The notes beneath the pieces were generated by a model. The model was not told where the DNA came from and ran no database searches. It saw nothing but the letters and a program-made list of their open reading frames with translations. From the NCBI GenBank assembly GCA_019058365.1, contig JAHPZE010000011.1, positions 1-64,000 of the forward strand: a stretch of DNA of 64,000 nt, read 5' to 3'. The stretch is from Promethearchaeota archaeon (GTDB lineage: Archaea > Asgardarchaeota > Lokiarchaeia > Sigyniarchaeales > SOKP01). This document shows, in pieces, positions 40,231 to 50,852 of this stretch (positions are counted from its first letter, which is position 1; each line of letters begins with the position of its first letter). Both the position numbers and the translations under genes were made by a program.

Positions 40231-40668
40231 TTGTCAAATGAATATATATCTGAAGTTGGCATAAAACTAGAAGAAGGAATGATATTTAAGTGCGATCTTG
40301 GTAAAATTAAGATGAATGATCTATTTATTGATGATCAAAATAAAAAATCAATTGACAAAATTGGACCCAATCCATCAAAGTTACTAGCATTATCTGTTTT
40401 GGGGTGTTTAGCTGGTAGTTTTACGTTTTGTTTACAAAAGAAAAACATTTCATTATCCGATATCGAAGGTAAGGCAATTATTACTAGTAAACGGAATGAA
40501 AAAGGATTTTGGAGACTTAAGAAAATCGATATTATATTAAACCCAAATATTGATAATCCTCAAATGCGTAAAAGAGCAGATCAATGTCAAAAAAGCTTTG
40601 AGCAGTTTTGTGTCATCTCAGAGTCTATACGAGAAGGCATTGACATAAATATTAATATTAATTATTAA
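40231..40668 (+). CDS. OsmC/Ohr-family protein, tandem paralog
   Basis: GPNPSKLLALSVLGCL and FCVISESI; similar to 39723..40199. Confidence 0.85.
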   Translation: MSNEYISEVGIKLEEGMIFKCDLGKIKMNDLFIDDQNKKSIDKIGPNPSKLLALSVLGCLAGSFTFCLQKKNISLSDIEGKAIITSKRNEKGFWRLKKIDIILNPNIDNPQMRKRADQCQKSFEQFCVISESIREGIDINININY

Positions 40669-40681
40669 TCTTCTATAGAAA

Positions 40682-41680
40682 TTAATCTCTTATACCATCC
40701 TCCGTAATCGAAAATATTGTATCACTTTCAGGAATATTTGGCGCGTCTACCACTTTAGCTACCCTTTGTTCACCTTTTCCTTTTCTCAAGAATATTCTTA
40801 TCGTCGCACCATGCGCAACAACGTGTCCCCCCGTATGCGTTAAAGGATTACCATAAAATACATCTGGTTTAGCAGATACCTGATTTGTAAATACTACTGC
40901 TAACTCATCATAAATTTCAGTTAATCTTAATAAATCGTGTATATGCGTATTTATAATTTGTTGACGCTCTGCTAGAGTTCCTCTACCAATATATTCACTA
41001 CGAAAGTGGCCAATAAGTGAATCAACTATAATTAATTTTATATTTCTTTCTCCTATGATTTTTGGAGCTTCTTTAGCTAATAAAATTTGATGATTACTAT
41101 TATAAGCTCTCCCAATGGTCACATTTTTCAAAATTAAATTATGATCTAAATCTTTTGCAACTGCCATTTGAATTAATCTTTCTGGTCTAAAGGTTCCTTC
41201 TGTGTCAATATATAAAGCTCCACCTTCCAGACCTCCTTCTTCATAAGATAATTGTACATTAACACATAACTGATGAGCTAACTGTGTTTTTCCAGTTCGA
41301 TATTCCCCAAAAAGTTCTGTAACTGCTCCTGGTTCGATTCCCCCCATCAATAAATCATCAAAATTTTGACTACCAGTGGTTAATTTATTTAATGTTTTCC
41401 TTTTTTCCCATATTATGTCAGCAGATTTAAATCCCATTTTTTCAATATCTTGCGCTACTTTAATTATTTTTTCTGCAGTCTTTTCACCAATTCCTACTTC
41501 ATCCATTAATTTTTTCAATGGATACATCGCTAGAGTTCTAATTGATAAAATTCCTGCTTCTAACAATTTTTTTACTGTTGCGTCACCGACACCCGGTAAA
41601 TCTTTTAAGCCATAGGAAGGTTTTGATTCAAAACTTTCATTTTCCTTTGGATTATCGGATTGATCTTTCTTTTTTGCCAT
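40682..41680 (-). CDS. radA: DNA repair and recombination protein RadA
   Basis: N-terminal HhH (LPGVG), GFKSA, Walker A GEYRTGKT, YIDTEGTFRPER, FRSEYIGRGTLAERQQ. Confidence 0.97.
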   Translation of the reverse strand: MAKKKDQSDNPKENESFESKPSYGLKDLPGVGDATVKKLLEAGILSIRTLAMYPLKKLMDEVGIGEKTAEKIIKVAQDIEKMGFKSADIIWEKRKTLNKLTTGSQNFDDLLMGGIEPGAVTELFGEYRTGKTQLAHQLCVNVQLSYEEGGLEGGALYIDTEGTFRPERLIQMAVAKDLDHNLILKNVTIGRAYNSNHQILLAKEAPKIIGERNIKLIIVDSLIGHFRSEYIGRGTLAERQQIINTHIHDLLRLTEIYDELAVVFTNQVSAKPDVFYGNPLTHTGGHVVAHGATIRIFLRKGKGEQRVAKVVDAPNIPESDTIFSITEDGIRD

Positions 41681-41779
41681 TATATTATCCTAAATCTAAA
41701 ATCTTATATGAATTCCTTATAATACAGATATAAAAATAATAATAAAAAGTTATTAGAAGAATAAAAAATTTGAGTTATT

Positions 41780-42442
41780 TTATTTTGTCTCCTTTCCGCG
41801 AGTAATTAAAAGCATAATAATAAATAAGATCACTGAAAATAAAAATGTCAATAACCCTACAGGGGTGGTAGTACCCCCAATCCACACGTAATCCAAATAA
41901 AGAAAGGGAACAACGAATATAGCAATAAATACGATAATAATAGGCAATGGGATCTCTTCATCTTTAATATCTAAGATTAAGGGAACGATTACTAAAGATA
42001 TTAATATCGTGGCAACTATTTTAAAAGCTAAAGCCATTGATGGTTCTGCTAAATGAACATTAGGTAACCAGAAAAACCAAAATTTTTGAATAGGAAGTGC
42101 CTGTAAGGAAGTGTTAGTTTCTGGGATAATTGCACTTATAATCAATTGTATTAAAACTCCAAGAGCGAGATACAATAATATTTCGTTTATTTCTTTATCT
42201 TTTTTACGGTATACCCCTATTGTATCACGAAGTATTGTGACTATCCATAGAATAAAAAGAAGGATATAAGCGAAAACTGGGTCCCCTCCTATCGCCCAAA
42301 AATAATTAACCGGTATCACAGCCACAATATAAGCTAAATAACCGTAATTCTCATTTCTACCGAATAAATCAAAAACTAAAAATATTAGATATATAATACT
42401 TAATGTTATCAAAATTATTATAGTGCTTAAGTCAAACGCCAT
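41780..42442 (-). CDS. Hypothetical multi-pass membrane protein
   Basis: About 7 hydrophobic segments. Confidence 0.65.
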   Translation of the reverse strand: MAFDLSTIIILITLSIIYLIFLVFDLFGRNENYGYLAYIVAVIPVNYFWAIGGDPVFAYILLFILWIVTILRDTIGVYRKKDKEINEILLYLALGVLIQLIISAIIPETNTSLQALPIQKFWFFWLPNVHLAEPSMALAFKIVATILISLVIVPLILDIKDEEIPLPIIIVFIAIFVVPFLYLDYVWIGGTTTPVGLLTFLFSVILFIIMLLITRGKETK

Positions 42443-42547
42443 GATTATATCAACTTTTTTTTTGCTTCTAAAGTTATTTTTATATTATTATATAATTGAT
42501 TCTATTTATTTTAAATTTTAATTCCTTATTAGACATAAAATATAATT

Positions 42548-43936
42548 CTAAAGTTTGGATATAATTTCTTCTAATTCAATAATCATTTTTTGAGCTTTCT
42601 CTTTATCTGGTGATTCAGCAGATAGAAGTAATGCATTTCTATATAATGCTACTTTAACAGTTGTATATGTATCTTCATTGATTATCTTTAATTCATTTAT
42701 TATGTCGTGATATTTATAACCATTTTCGTCTGCCATTTCTCTTAGTCGATTATGAATATTATCAATCAACTCTGATGAAACTGGAATTGTTTTATTAATT
42801 TTTGTACCTTTTGGAAATCCCCTTGTTAGTGAACTAAGAAGGTCGTTCTGAGCAGTCATAATTTCAAGGATCTTAAGTAGAATGAAATTACCATCTGAAA
42901 AGGGAGAATATTCAACAAAATAAAACTTTAATGTATCCGCGGCCGCAAAACATGCACGTTCCTCTCTTATTTGTCTTGAAATCTCCCCGGGGTAGTTTTC
43001 AACTTGTTTTATTGGAAAACCACTATCTTCGATAAAATTTTTTACAATAGGAGATATTGAAGGTGTTGTAATAATGGTATTACCTTTCGATCTTTGTATT
43101 CTTTTGTCAAATGTAATAAAAAGCATTAATAAGTCTTCGAAGCCTATCTCAAGCCCATTCTCATCTACCACCAATATTCTGGAACCATCCACATCAAAAC
43201 ACACTCCAAGATGGCTATTTGATGCCTTCACAATATCAGCAGTGTTTCGAATTGTATTAATGCTAGGTACTGGATTTGATGCTCTTTCACGATAATGTGT
43301 GTTCAAAGCAATAACTTCAACTCCAATTTCATTAATCAAAAGTGGTGTTATTTTACCTGTAGGTCCGTAAGAACAATCTACTACGATCTTTAAATTCGCT
43401 TTCTTTATCTTTTTTTTATCCACAAATTGTTGAAGAGATTTGATATAAACGTCTGTAGTCTGAGGTATTGCTGTTATTTGTCCTATCTCATTTGGATCCA
43501 CTCTCCTCACCTGTCGAGGGTACGTATTGTAAGACTCAATTATTCTCTGAATTTCTGATTGTGGTAACTCAATTCCTCCCGCATCCAAGAATCTAATTCC
43601 AACATCTTCACTATATAAATGACCTCCTGAGAAATAAACCCCTCCACTCGCCCCAAAGCGCCTAATTGTGAATTGTAATAATGGAAAAGTGCAATCCGAA
43701 AGATTTAGAAGATTTATCCCTGTAGACATCAAACCTGATGTGTAAGCTCTTTTTAACATCCGACTATCGTTATGATAATCTCTCCCCAGCACAACAGATT
43801 CATTTTGTTTGAACAGGCTACCATGAATAGATCCTATCGAGCTCGAAATCTCTGGGGTAAATACATAATTTGCTTTCCCTATAATTCTTCCGTCCTTTTT
43901 TAACTCATTAAGATTTGTTATTGGAATATGACTCAT
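42548..43936 (-). CDS. Phosphomannomutase/phosphoglucomutase-like protein with a degenerate active site
   Basis: VVLGRD, SRMLKRA, LKIVVDCSYG; phosphoserine loop reads SGGH rather than T/SASH, metal loop DVDGSR rather than DxDxDR. Confidence 0.8.
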   Translation of the reverse strand: MSHIPITNLNELKKDGRIIGKANYVFTPEISSSIGSIHGSLFKQNESVVLGRDYHNDSRMLKRAYTSGLMSTGINLLNLSDCTFPLLQFTIRRFGASGGVYFSGGHLYSEDVGIRFLDAGGIELPQSEIQRIIESYNTYPRQVRRVDPNEIGQITAIPQTTDVYIKSLQQFVDKKKIKKANLKIVVDCSYGPTGKITPLLINEIGVEVIALNTHYRERASNPVPSINTIRNTADIVKASNSHLGVCFDVDGSRILVVDENGLEIGFEDLLMLFITFDKRIQRSKGNTIITTPSISPIVKNFIEDSGFPIKQVENYPGEISRQIREERACFAAADTLKFYFVEYSPFSDGNFILLKILEIMTAQNDLLSSLTRGFPKGTKINKTIPVSSELIDNIHNRLREMADENGYKYHDIINELKIINEDTYTTVKVALYRNALLLSAESPDKEKAQKMIIELEEIISKL

Positions 43937-44125
43937 TAAGAATTACTTTTTAAAATCTCGATATTATTTTAATTGGAAACTATATATGATTTAAAGCTAA
44001 ATGAGAATATATAACTTTAACGATTTTCGAATATTTAAGATTCTCTTTAATATTTAAGAAATGAAAAATTATATAACAATAACAAATTTCGATTAATTAA
44101 ACTTTCATTAGATATGGTATAGATT

Positions 44126-45841
44126 ATGACTGAAATTTTAGGATCTTTTTGTTTAGTACTTCATTCTCACCTACCTTGGGTTTTAGGTCATGGTGTATGG
44201 CCTCATGGAATGGATTGGGTTAATGAAGCGGCTGCAGAAACATATATCCCGCTTTTAATAGAATTATATAAATTAGTTGATGATGGATATCATCCAAAGA
44301 TGACTATAGGTCTCACACCCGTATTATGTGAAATGCTTCGTAATCCTAAATTTGTTGAGGGATTTTTAGGCTATTTAGAAGAAAAATATAATGCTGCTTT
44401 ATTCGATTTTGAGGATTTTACAAAAAATAAATATGAAGAAGGGAGAATCAGATTAACAAAGTGGTGGCAGGAGTTCTATAACCGAGTTAGAGATAATTTC
44501 TTAAATAGATATAATAGAGATATTGTGGGAGCATATAAAAAGCTGCAAGATATGGGACTTGTTGATATCATCACTTGTGGGGCAACGCATGGTTATGCTC
44601 CATTGCTTTCCAAAGATTCATCTATAGATGCTCAATTTAAAACAGGTGTTGATAATTATCAAAAACATTTTGGGAGAGCTCCTACTGGTGTTTGGTTACC
44701 TGAATGTGCATATCGCCCAGGATATCGTTGGAAAAACCCAATCAGTGGTGAAGAGTTTAATCGCCCAGGTGTAGAATATTTTCTTGCTAAAAATGGTTTG
44801 AAATATTTTTTTATTGATACAGCCTTACTTTTAGGAGGAAAATCACAAGGTGTCTATGCTGCTCGGTTTCCTTTGCTTGCTGAACTCTGGAAACAATTCG
44901 AATCACAATATGAAGAAATTCCAACTTCTTTTGAAAAATCTCAATATGAACCATATTTAGTGTCTACTGATCCCAGTACTCCAGGCCCTGTTGGATTTTT
45001 TACTAGAGATGAAAAAACAGGAATTGTAGTATGGAGCGGAGAACATGGATATCCTGGTTGTGCTGAATATCTTGATTTTCATAAAAAACATTATCCAGGT
45101 GGACTGAGATATTGGAAAGTCACAGAAGCAAAACTAGACTTAGGAAAGAAAATGTTATATTGGCCAGATGATATACCTGGTAAATTAGATGAAAATGCAG
45201 GTCATTATCTAAATCTTATTAAAGATATTCTACGAGATTACAACAATAAAAATGGCAGAAAAGGAATTATAATAGCACCCTATGACGCAGAATTATTTGG
45301 ACATTGGTGGTTTGAGGGAAATTGGTGGTTGGCTAGAGTTCTTCGGTGGGTAGAGGATGACCCAGAAGTAGAATTGACGAATACTAGAATATATTTAGAA
45401 AATAATCCTCCTAATAAGGTTGTTCAGATTATTGAGGGGTCATGGGGTCAAGCCAGTTCTCATTGGGTGTGGCTTAATGAGTGGACAACTTGGACGTGGG
45501 AGAGAATATACGAATGTGAAGCAAAAAGTGAAGAGATTATTGCTAAATATAAAGATTCGCATGATCCTAACCTAATAAAGATCCTTAAACAGATGGCTCG
45601 AGAACTCCTACTCTTAGAAAGTAGTGATTGGCAGTTTTTAATAACAACTTGGTCTGCTCGAGATTATGCAGAGAATAGAGTTGCTCTGCATTATGATAAT
45701 TTTAATAGGCTTTATAATATGGCTTCGAAATATGGATCTGGTCAGAATGTCGAAGAAGGAGAATGGCACTTTTTAGGAACAATTGAAGCTGTAGATGACT
45801 TATTTAAAACCTTAGATCTTGAACCTTTTGCTAAGAAATAA
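44126..45841 (+). CDS. GH57 1,4-alpha-glucan branching enzyme
   Basis: HSHLPWV, ETYIPLL, WLPECAY (nucleophile), PYDAELFGHWWFEG (acid/base), ESSDW. Confidence 0.93.
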   Translation: MTEILGSFCLVLHSHLPWVLGHGVWPHGMDWVNEAAAETYIPLLIELYKLVDDGYHPKMTIGLTPVLCEMLRNPKFVEGFLGYLEEKYNAALFDFEDFTKNKYEEGRIRLTKWWQEFYNRVRDNFLNRYNRDIVGAYKKLQDMGLVDIITCGATHGYAPLLSKDSSIDAQFKTGVDNYQKHFGRAPTGVWLPECAYRPGYRWKNPISGEEFNRPGVEYFLAKNGLKYFFIDTALLLGGKSQGVYAARFPLLAELWKQFESQYEEIPTSFEKSQYEPYLVSTDPSTPGPVGFFTRDEKTGIVVWSGEHGYPGCAEYLDFHKKHYPGGLRYWKVTEAKLDLGKKMLYWPDDIPGKLDENAGHYLNLIKDILRDYNNKNGRKGIIIAPYDAELFGHWWFEGNWWLARVLRWVEDDPEVELTNTRIYLENNPPNKVVQIIEGSWGQASSHWVWLNEWTTWTWERIYECEAKSEEIIAKYKDSHDPNLIKILKQMARELLLLESSDWQFLITTWSARDYAENRVALHYDNFNRLYNMASKYGSGQNVEEGEWHFLGTIEAVDDLFKTLDLEPFAKK

Positions 45842-45926
45842 TTTTTTTTAATTCTCTTTTTAGTATAAATTATAACTTTCAAATTAAAAAGTAATTAATG
45901 ATTGAGGGTTTAAACAAGTAATAGTA

Positions 45927-46340
45927 TTATGCTTCAGCTAAATCAAATTCTTTCTTAATTATTATTGGCAATCTATCTAAAGATTCCTCAATTTTATTAG
46001 CTCTTTCTTTAAGAACTTCTTTTAATTCAGAAATGCATTCTTTGAAGGCATTCCTATATTTATTTAAAAGAGGATCTTGAATTTTAGCAGTTTCTTCTCT
46101 TTTTATTCTTGCAATAGCATCCTCTTGAAATGTAATACCATTTTTCTTTATATTATGATATAATCCTTTTAGCATTTTGATTTCACATTTGAGAAAATTG
46201 ATTTCTCTAAGGATTTCTTCATTAACTTTATTTTCTTCTTCCGATTGTTTAATTTTAAAACAAGTTCCACCAAATCCTCTTTTTTTACTTATTGGATTTG
46301 TTAACTTTCTTCCACATCGTAAACAATGATCATAACTCAT
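45927..46340 (-). CDS. DUF6011-like zinc-finger protein with a coiled-coil tail
   Basis: CLRCGRKLTNPISKKRGFGGTC motif. Confidence 0.7.
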   Translation of the reverse strand: MSYDHCLRCGRKLTNPISKKRGFGGTCFKIKQSEEENKVNEEILREINFLKCEIKMLKGLYHNIKKNGITFQEDAIARIKREETAKIQDPLLNKYRNAFKECISELKEVLKERANKIEESLDRLPIIIKKEFDLAEA

Positions 46341-46879
46341 TTTGCTAATTATAAATTCTATTATCTCTTTAACTTATTTTATGCATATAACTATTTATTA
46401 ACCACTTTAATATAAAAATAGAGAAAATTCATCTTATAATAATTTTGTATATTTTATTATGGTCATACTTTAATATTTAATATGCAACATTAGTAAGATT
46501 AGAGAATTCCTTTAAATCAAAACAAAATTGAGTTAAAAATAATTAAAAAGCTTGAGTTCTCTCAGCAAATATAATATACCTGTTAAGAAATCTGATATTT
46601 TAACAACCTCATGAAATGTTCCATTTACATTCAAGCGGTTTCAGTTTTTAAAATAAGAACAAAAATTCATATTTAAAAAAAAACTATCCTTACTTATTGG
46701 GATAATTGTTACTTAAATTAAATCAACTTTATAATTAAATTTCAAAATATAGATATTATTCATCTTTAGATTATACAACCTTAATTTTTCAATCAAATTT
46801 TTTTATATTTTGTAAAGCTTATCCTTATCAACGTTATTTTCTATTTATTGAGTAAGAAAGTATCTTGAGGTGATTTGTT

Positions 46880-47335
46880 ATTTATAAAAAAATATTAGTT
46901 GGTGTTGATGAATCACAGGATGCCATGAATGCTGTAGAAAAAGCATTAGATTTTAAAAAAAGAGAAAATAGTGAAGTTGTTGTATTTCATTCCGTTATGC
47001 ACCATATATATGAATTAATTCCTAATATTACATTTTCTGGGGTTTCAAAATCATCAATTTCTTTATCTATTCATGAAGATTATATTAATCTCGCTAGAAA
47101 AACTCTAAAAGAAGTCGAAAAACGTTTTAAAGATGAGGATGAGAAAGTTGAAACTAGATTAATCTTTGATATTTCTCCTGAGGACTATATTAAAAAGGTA
47201 ATTGCAGAAGAAAACTTCGATTTGGTAATATTAGGATGTAAGGGAAAACATTCAAAATTAAGACAAGTAATTTTAGGAACAATTCCAGATAGAGTAATTA
47301 ACAGTGCTTCCTGTGATGTATTAATTGTAAGGTAA
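46880..47335 (+). CDS. Universal stress protein (UspA); probable ATT start
   Basis: Upstream in-frame YKKILVGVDES after a GAGGTGA SD; DLVILGCKG...ILGTIPDRVI...CDVLIVR. Confidence 0.9.
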   Translation: MYKKILVGVDESQDAMNAVEKALDFKKRENSEVVVFHSVMHHIYELIPNITFSGVSKSSISLSIHEDYINLARKTLKEVEKRFKDEDEKVETRLIFDISPEDYIKKVIAEENFDLVILGCKGKHSKLRQVILGTIPDRVINSASCDVLIVR

Positions 47336-47464
47336 TTATCTAAACTAAGAATTTGAATAATAAAAAATTAGTTTAGGTTCTTACTTTACAATAAATTAGT
47401 ATTTTCGTTGTTTTTTTGATACAAAAATAAAAAACATTTGATAAAATTTTTGAGGGATAATAAT

Positions 47465-47602
47465 ATGACAAAGACGGAAAAGTTAAAATTTTGTTTCTAT
47501 TGTGGGAGACTATTAAAAGACTACAAAGTTGGAGAATTTACTAGATGCCCTTATTGCGGAGTTAAATTAAATTACATAAGTAACAAAATATCAAAAAAAT
47601 AA
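47465..47602 (+). CDS. 45-aa zinc-ribbon microprotein, missing from the ORF track
   Basis: MTKTEKLKFCFYCGRLLKDYKVGEFTRCPYCGVKLNYISNKISKK, with GAGGGA upstream. Confidence 0.7.
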   Translation: MTKTEKLKFCFYCGRLLKDYKVGEFTRCPYCGVKLNYISNKISKK

Positions 47603-47823
47603 AAAATCTTAATTAAGAATTTGAGAAACCATACTTAAAGTTTATAATATATTTTTGTACAATCAAATTAAGTCTTTTCCTATTGAAGCAGAAAGCAAAT
47701 ATTTGGGTATTTTACCCAAAATCTTAAGAAGTCTTAAACAACATTTATTTAAAATTCCACAAAACAAAAATGATATAAACAACAAAATAGATGAAAAAAT
47801 AAAAAACAAAGAAACTGATTAGA

Positions 47824-49218
47824 ATGAATGACAAATTTGATCAACTCCAGAAGATAATTGTGAAACTTATGCGGAAATTCAAGGTTCCGGGTTTAGCAAT
47901 TAGTATTGTACAAAATGATACCAGTCTATACGAAAAGGGATTTGGTGCTCGTAACCTTGAGGAGAATCTACCAATGACACCAAATACCTTAATAGGGATC
48001 GGTAGTATCTCAAAATCATTTACTGCTTTTTTGATATTAAAATTACGCGAAAAAGGTCAACTAAACTTAGATGATTCGGTTAGTAAATTTTTAGAAATTG
48101 AACCCTTTTTGAGTCATCCAGATATTATAATTGCTCATCTCTTATCACATAGCAGTGGAATACCTTCAGTTGATGCGCAATGGCTCCCTATTGCGATCAC
48201 ATATGGTGACTATCAACGTATTTATCCAATAGGTTCTCTTGATGACTATCTTTATCATTTGTCCGAAACTAAAGATGAGATCTTCTTTAAATCAGGAGAA
48301 AAATTCTTCTATAATAATGATATGTTTACTCTTTTGGGATTACTAATAGAAAAGATTACTGGAAAAACCTTTGAAGAAGTTTTAAATGAAGAAATATTGA
48401 AACCCTTAGAAATGACGCGTGCTACGGTCAATCGAGAACAACTTGAAAAGGATCCAATGAAAGATTATATTACGGGTTATATTCATAAAGGCTCAGAAGA
48501 AAAATTGCAATTTGACAAGCCTAAGTTACCTTTTTCGAAATTTCTTCAAGCACCTGGTGGTTTATATACATCTATGCATGAAATGTTAAATTATGCTGAT
48601 TGTTTATTACAGAAAGGTATTTTTAAGAACAAGCGAATAATTGAATCAGAGTCTATTGAATTGCTCTGGAGTCCTAGAATTAAATCACCATATGGGTATG
48701 GAAAAGATCCTAAATACTGCTTAGGTTGGGTTCGGGAGGAAGATTTTCTGAATAACACCCTAATTCATCATGGAGGGGGGTTGGGTGTAAGTACTTCCTT
48801 TTTTGGATTAATCCCAGAGTTAAATATTGCTGTTAGCGTTGCTGAAAATGATGACAGTGGAATTTGCGGTATAGTTGGAATATGTGCTTTAACTATGATG
48901 GTTGGAAAAAATCCTGAACAAATTAATGAAAAACTAAAAATAATTGAAATTTATGATAAAATTGCTGGCAGTTATAAATCATCCCTAGGTTTGTATAAAT
49001 TAGAAGTATCTTTTAAAGCTATGTCCATTCATATTAAAGTTGAATCGGATGATGGAATCTTTAATTTTCCCCTTATTATTGAAAATTTCGATGATTTAAC
49101 TTTTAGATTATTTTCGACAATTCCCTCAAATCTTCAAAAAGTTAAATTTTATCAAGATTCTAAGACGGGAAAAGTGGAATATGTAACATATGATAGGTAT
49201 CTTTACCATAAACTATAA
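47824..49218 (+). CDS. Serine hydrolase, beta-lactamase/AmpC (peptidase S12) family
   Basis: SxxK (GSISKSF), YxN (FFYNN), HGG, LLSHSSG. Confidence 0.92.
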   Translation: MNDKFDQLQKIIVKLMRKFKVPGLAISIVQNDTSLYEKGFGARNLEENLPMTPNTLIGIGSISKSFTAFLILKLREKGQLNLDDSVSKFLEIEPFLSHPDIIIAHLLSHSSGIPSVDAQWLPIAITYGDYQRIYPIGSLDDYLYHLSETKDEIFFKSGEKFFYNNDMFTLLGLLIEKITGKTFEEVLNEEILKPLEMTRATVNREQLEKDPMKDYITGYIHKGSEEKLQFDKPKLPFSKFLQAPGGLYTSMHEMLNYADCLLQKGIFKNKRIIESESIELLWSPRIKSPYGYGKDPKYCLGWVREEDFLNNTLIHHGGGLGVSTSFFGLIPELNIAVSVAENDDSGICGIVGICALTMMVGKNPEQINEKLKIIEIYDKIAGSYKSSLGLYKLEVSFKAMSIHIKVESDDGIFNFPLIIENFDDLTFRLFSTIPSNLQKVKFYQDSKTGKVEYVTYDRYLYHKL

Positions 49219-49357
49219 TTTTATACCCTAAAACATTTTCTTAAATTAATAGAAATTATCAATGATTGGTCTATAAAAATTATTTATAGCAATTTTAATT
49301 CATTTAGCTTAGAAAATAATTAAGTTTATATTAATTTTAAAGGGTTGAGGTATTTTA

Positions 49358-49609
49358 ATGAAAGTTAGTATTAGATATCATGAAATTTTAGAAGAATTTT
49401 TAGAAAAAGAATTGGATTGGTTAAAAGAAGAATTTGAGATTTTATTTAATTCAAAAATAGAAAATTATACTAAAAATGATAAAAAGCTCGCAAATGATAT
49501 CTTAGATTATATTTTAGAAAATACCTATGTTTATGATAATATTATATTAATTAATTTGTTGAATCAAGCTCTGGAAAGTATTGAAAAAAAGTATGTTAAT
49601 CTATTTTAA
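49358..49609 (+). CDS. Small acidic hypothetical protein
   Basis: 83-aa ORF with GAGGT SD. Confidence 0.6.
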   Translation: MKVSIRYHEILEEFLEKELDWLKEEFEILFNSKIENYTKNDKKLANDILDYILENTYVYDNIILINLLNQALESIEKKYVNLF

Positions 49610-49851
49610 TTGATTATTTACAACGCATTAAATAAATTTGAATATTCATCAAAAATTTCATAATGAAAGCCAAATCATCTTTCCAAAAAATTAAGATCAG
49701 ATAAGTTATGACAAGATGTTTAGTGCGTAATAAATATTTACAATATAAATATGAATCATAGAGTGTTTTTATATGAGAATACATTTGGATACTCATCACT
49801 ATACGTTCGTATTTATTCATATTATTGAACATATAAATATTAAAGTGATAG

Positions 49852-50424
49852 TTGTTTAAAATGAAACCTGATATCGTAGATCAAGAATTTTCTCCCTACA
49901 CTATGGCTAGTGTCATTATTGGAACGAAAGTAGAACAAAAACCCAACTTTATGGTGTGTACTTGGGTAAGTCGAGTCAATCGTAATCCTCCCATGTGGAT
50001 GGCTTCTGTCAATAACAAGCATTATTCGTTAGAAGGAATTAAGACAAATCAATCATTCTCAATGAATTTTCCTTCAACATCCCAAGTAAAAGAAACTGAT
50101 TATGTTGGAATCACTTCGGGTAGAAAGGTGGACAAATCAAAAGTTTTTGAAATATTTTATGGTGAGACTGATGTTCCCTTAATAAAAACTTGCCCGTTTT
50201 CAATTGAACTGACTTTAACCCATTCTATTCGAATGCAAGACCATACATTACTTGTGGGAACTGCCCAAAATTCATATTTAGGAAGAGAATATTATACAGA
50301 TGGGCTCCCAGATATGTCTAAAATGGATTTAATGATTTATACTGGGATCCCTGCCACTTATTGGTCCCTGGGTAAAATTGTTGGCAAAGCTTTTTCAGTA
50401 GGACAAGATTTCAACTATCTATAA
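49852..50424 (+). CDS. Flavin reductase-like (flavoredoxin) FMN-binding protein; start may be the ATG at 49861
   Basis: NFMVCTW, FSMNFP, DYVGITSGRKVDK, HTLLVG, YWSLGKIVGKAFSVG. Confidence 0.88.
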   Translation: MFKMKPDIVDQEFSPYTMASVIIGTKVEQKPNFMVCTWVSRVNRNPPMWMASVNNKHYSLEGIKTNQSFSMNFPSTSQVKETDYVGITSGRKVDKSKVFEIFYGETDVPLIKTCPFSIELTLTHSIRMQDHTLLVGTAQNSYLGREYYTDGLPDMSKMDLMIYTGIPATYWSLGKIVGKAFSVGQDFNYL

Positions 50425-50642
50425 CGCATTAAATAATATGTTATAGCTACATCTGGTTTTAATTTTTTGGAAAGATGATTTGTCTCTCAATATGTTTTTT
50501 TTGATGTATATTCAAATTTATTTAATGCGTTACAAATAAATACTTTGATTTTCAGAAAAATATTTAGAAATACCATTAAATTTTTATTTGTAAATATGTA
50601 ATTGAAAATTACATATAACATTGTGAAGTCTTTTTTATAATT

Positions 50643-50693
50643 ATGGCAACTTTGCAAACTTTTGGTTGGCAGTGGCCTTGGTGTTGGCAATAA
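50643..50693 (+). CDS. Candidate Trp-rich leader peptide MATLQTFGWQWPWCWQ
   Basis: ATG...TAA, 16 codons, four TGG codons in alternating positions, 159 nt upstream of trpB2. Confidence 0.75.
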   Translation: MATLQTFGWQWPWCWQ

Positions 50694-50745
50694 AGCCAAT
50701 TGCAAAGGATTCTATGTAATATTATTTTTTCGTTTTAATATTTTT
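50650..50745 (+). promoter_or_regulatory. Candidate attenuator: alternative hairpins followed by U-tracts
   Basis: CTTTGCAA (50650..50657)/TTGCAAAG (50700..50707); GCCAA (50695..50699) can pair with TTGGC at 50684 or at 50666; T-tracts from 50725. Confidence 0.55.
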
Positions 50746-50852
50746 CTTAATATTAAAATCTCTTTCTAAATGCGCATTAAACATATTGAATTCCAGTATT
50801 TTGATGACACACATCATAAGATGTGAAAAAATGAATATCAAAGGTAATTAGA

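Noticed and set aside
50487-50705. 72-aa minus-strand ORF in the track
   Set aside because: No motif; it is the antisense shadow of the Trp leader and AT-rich promoter DNA.
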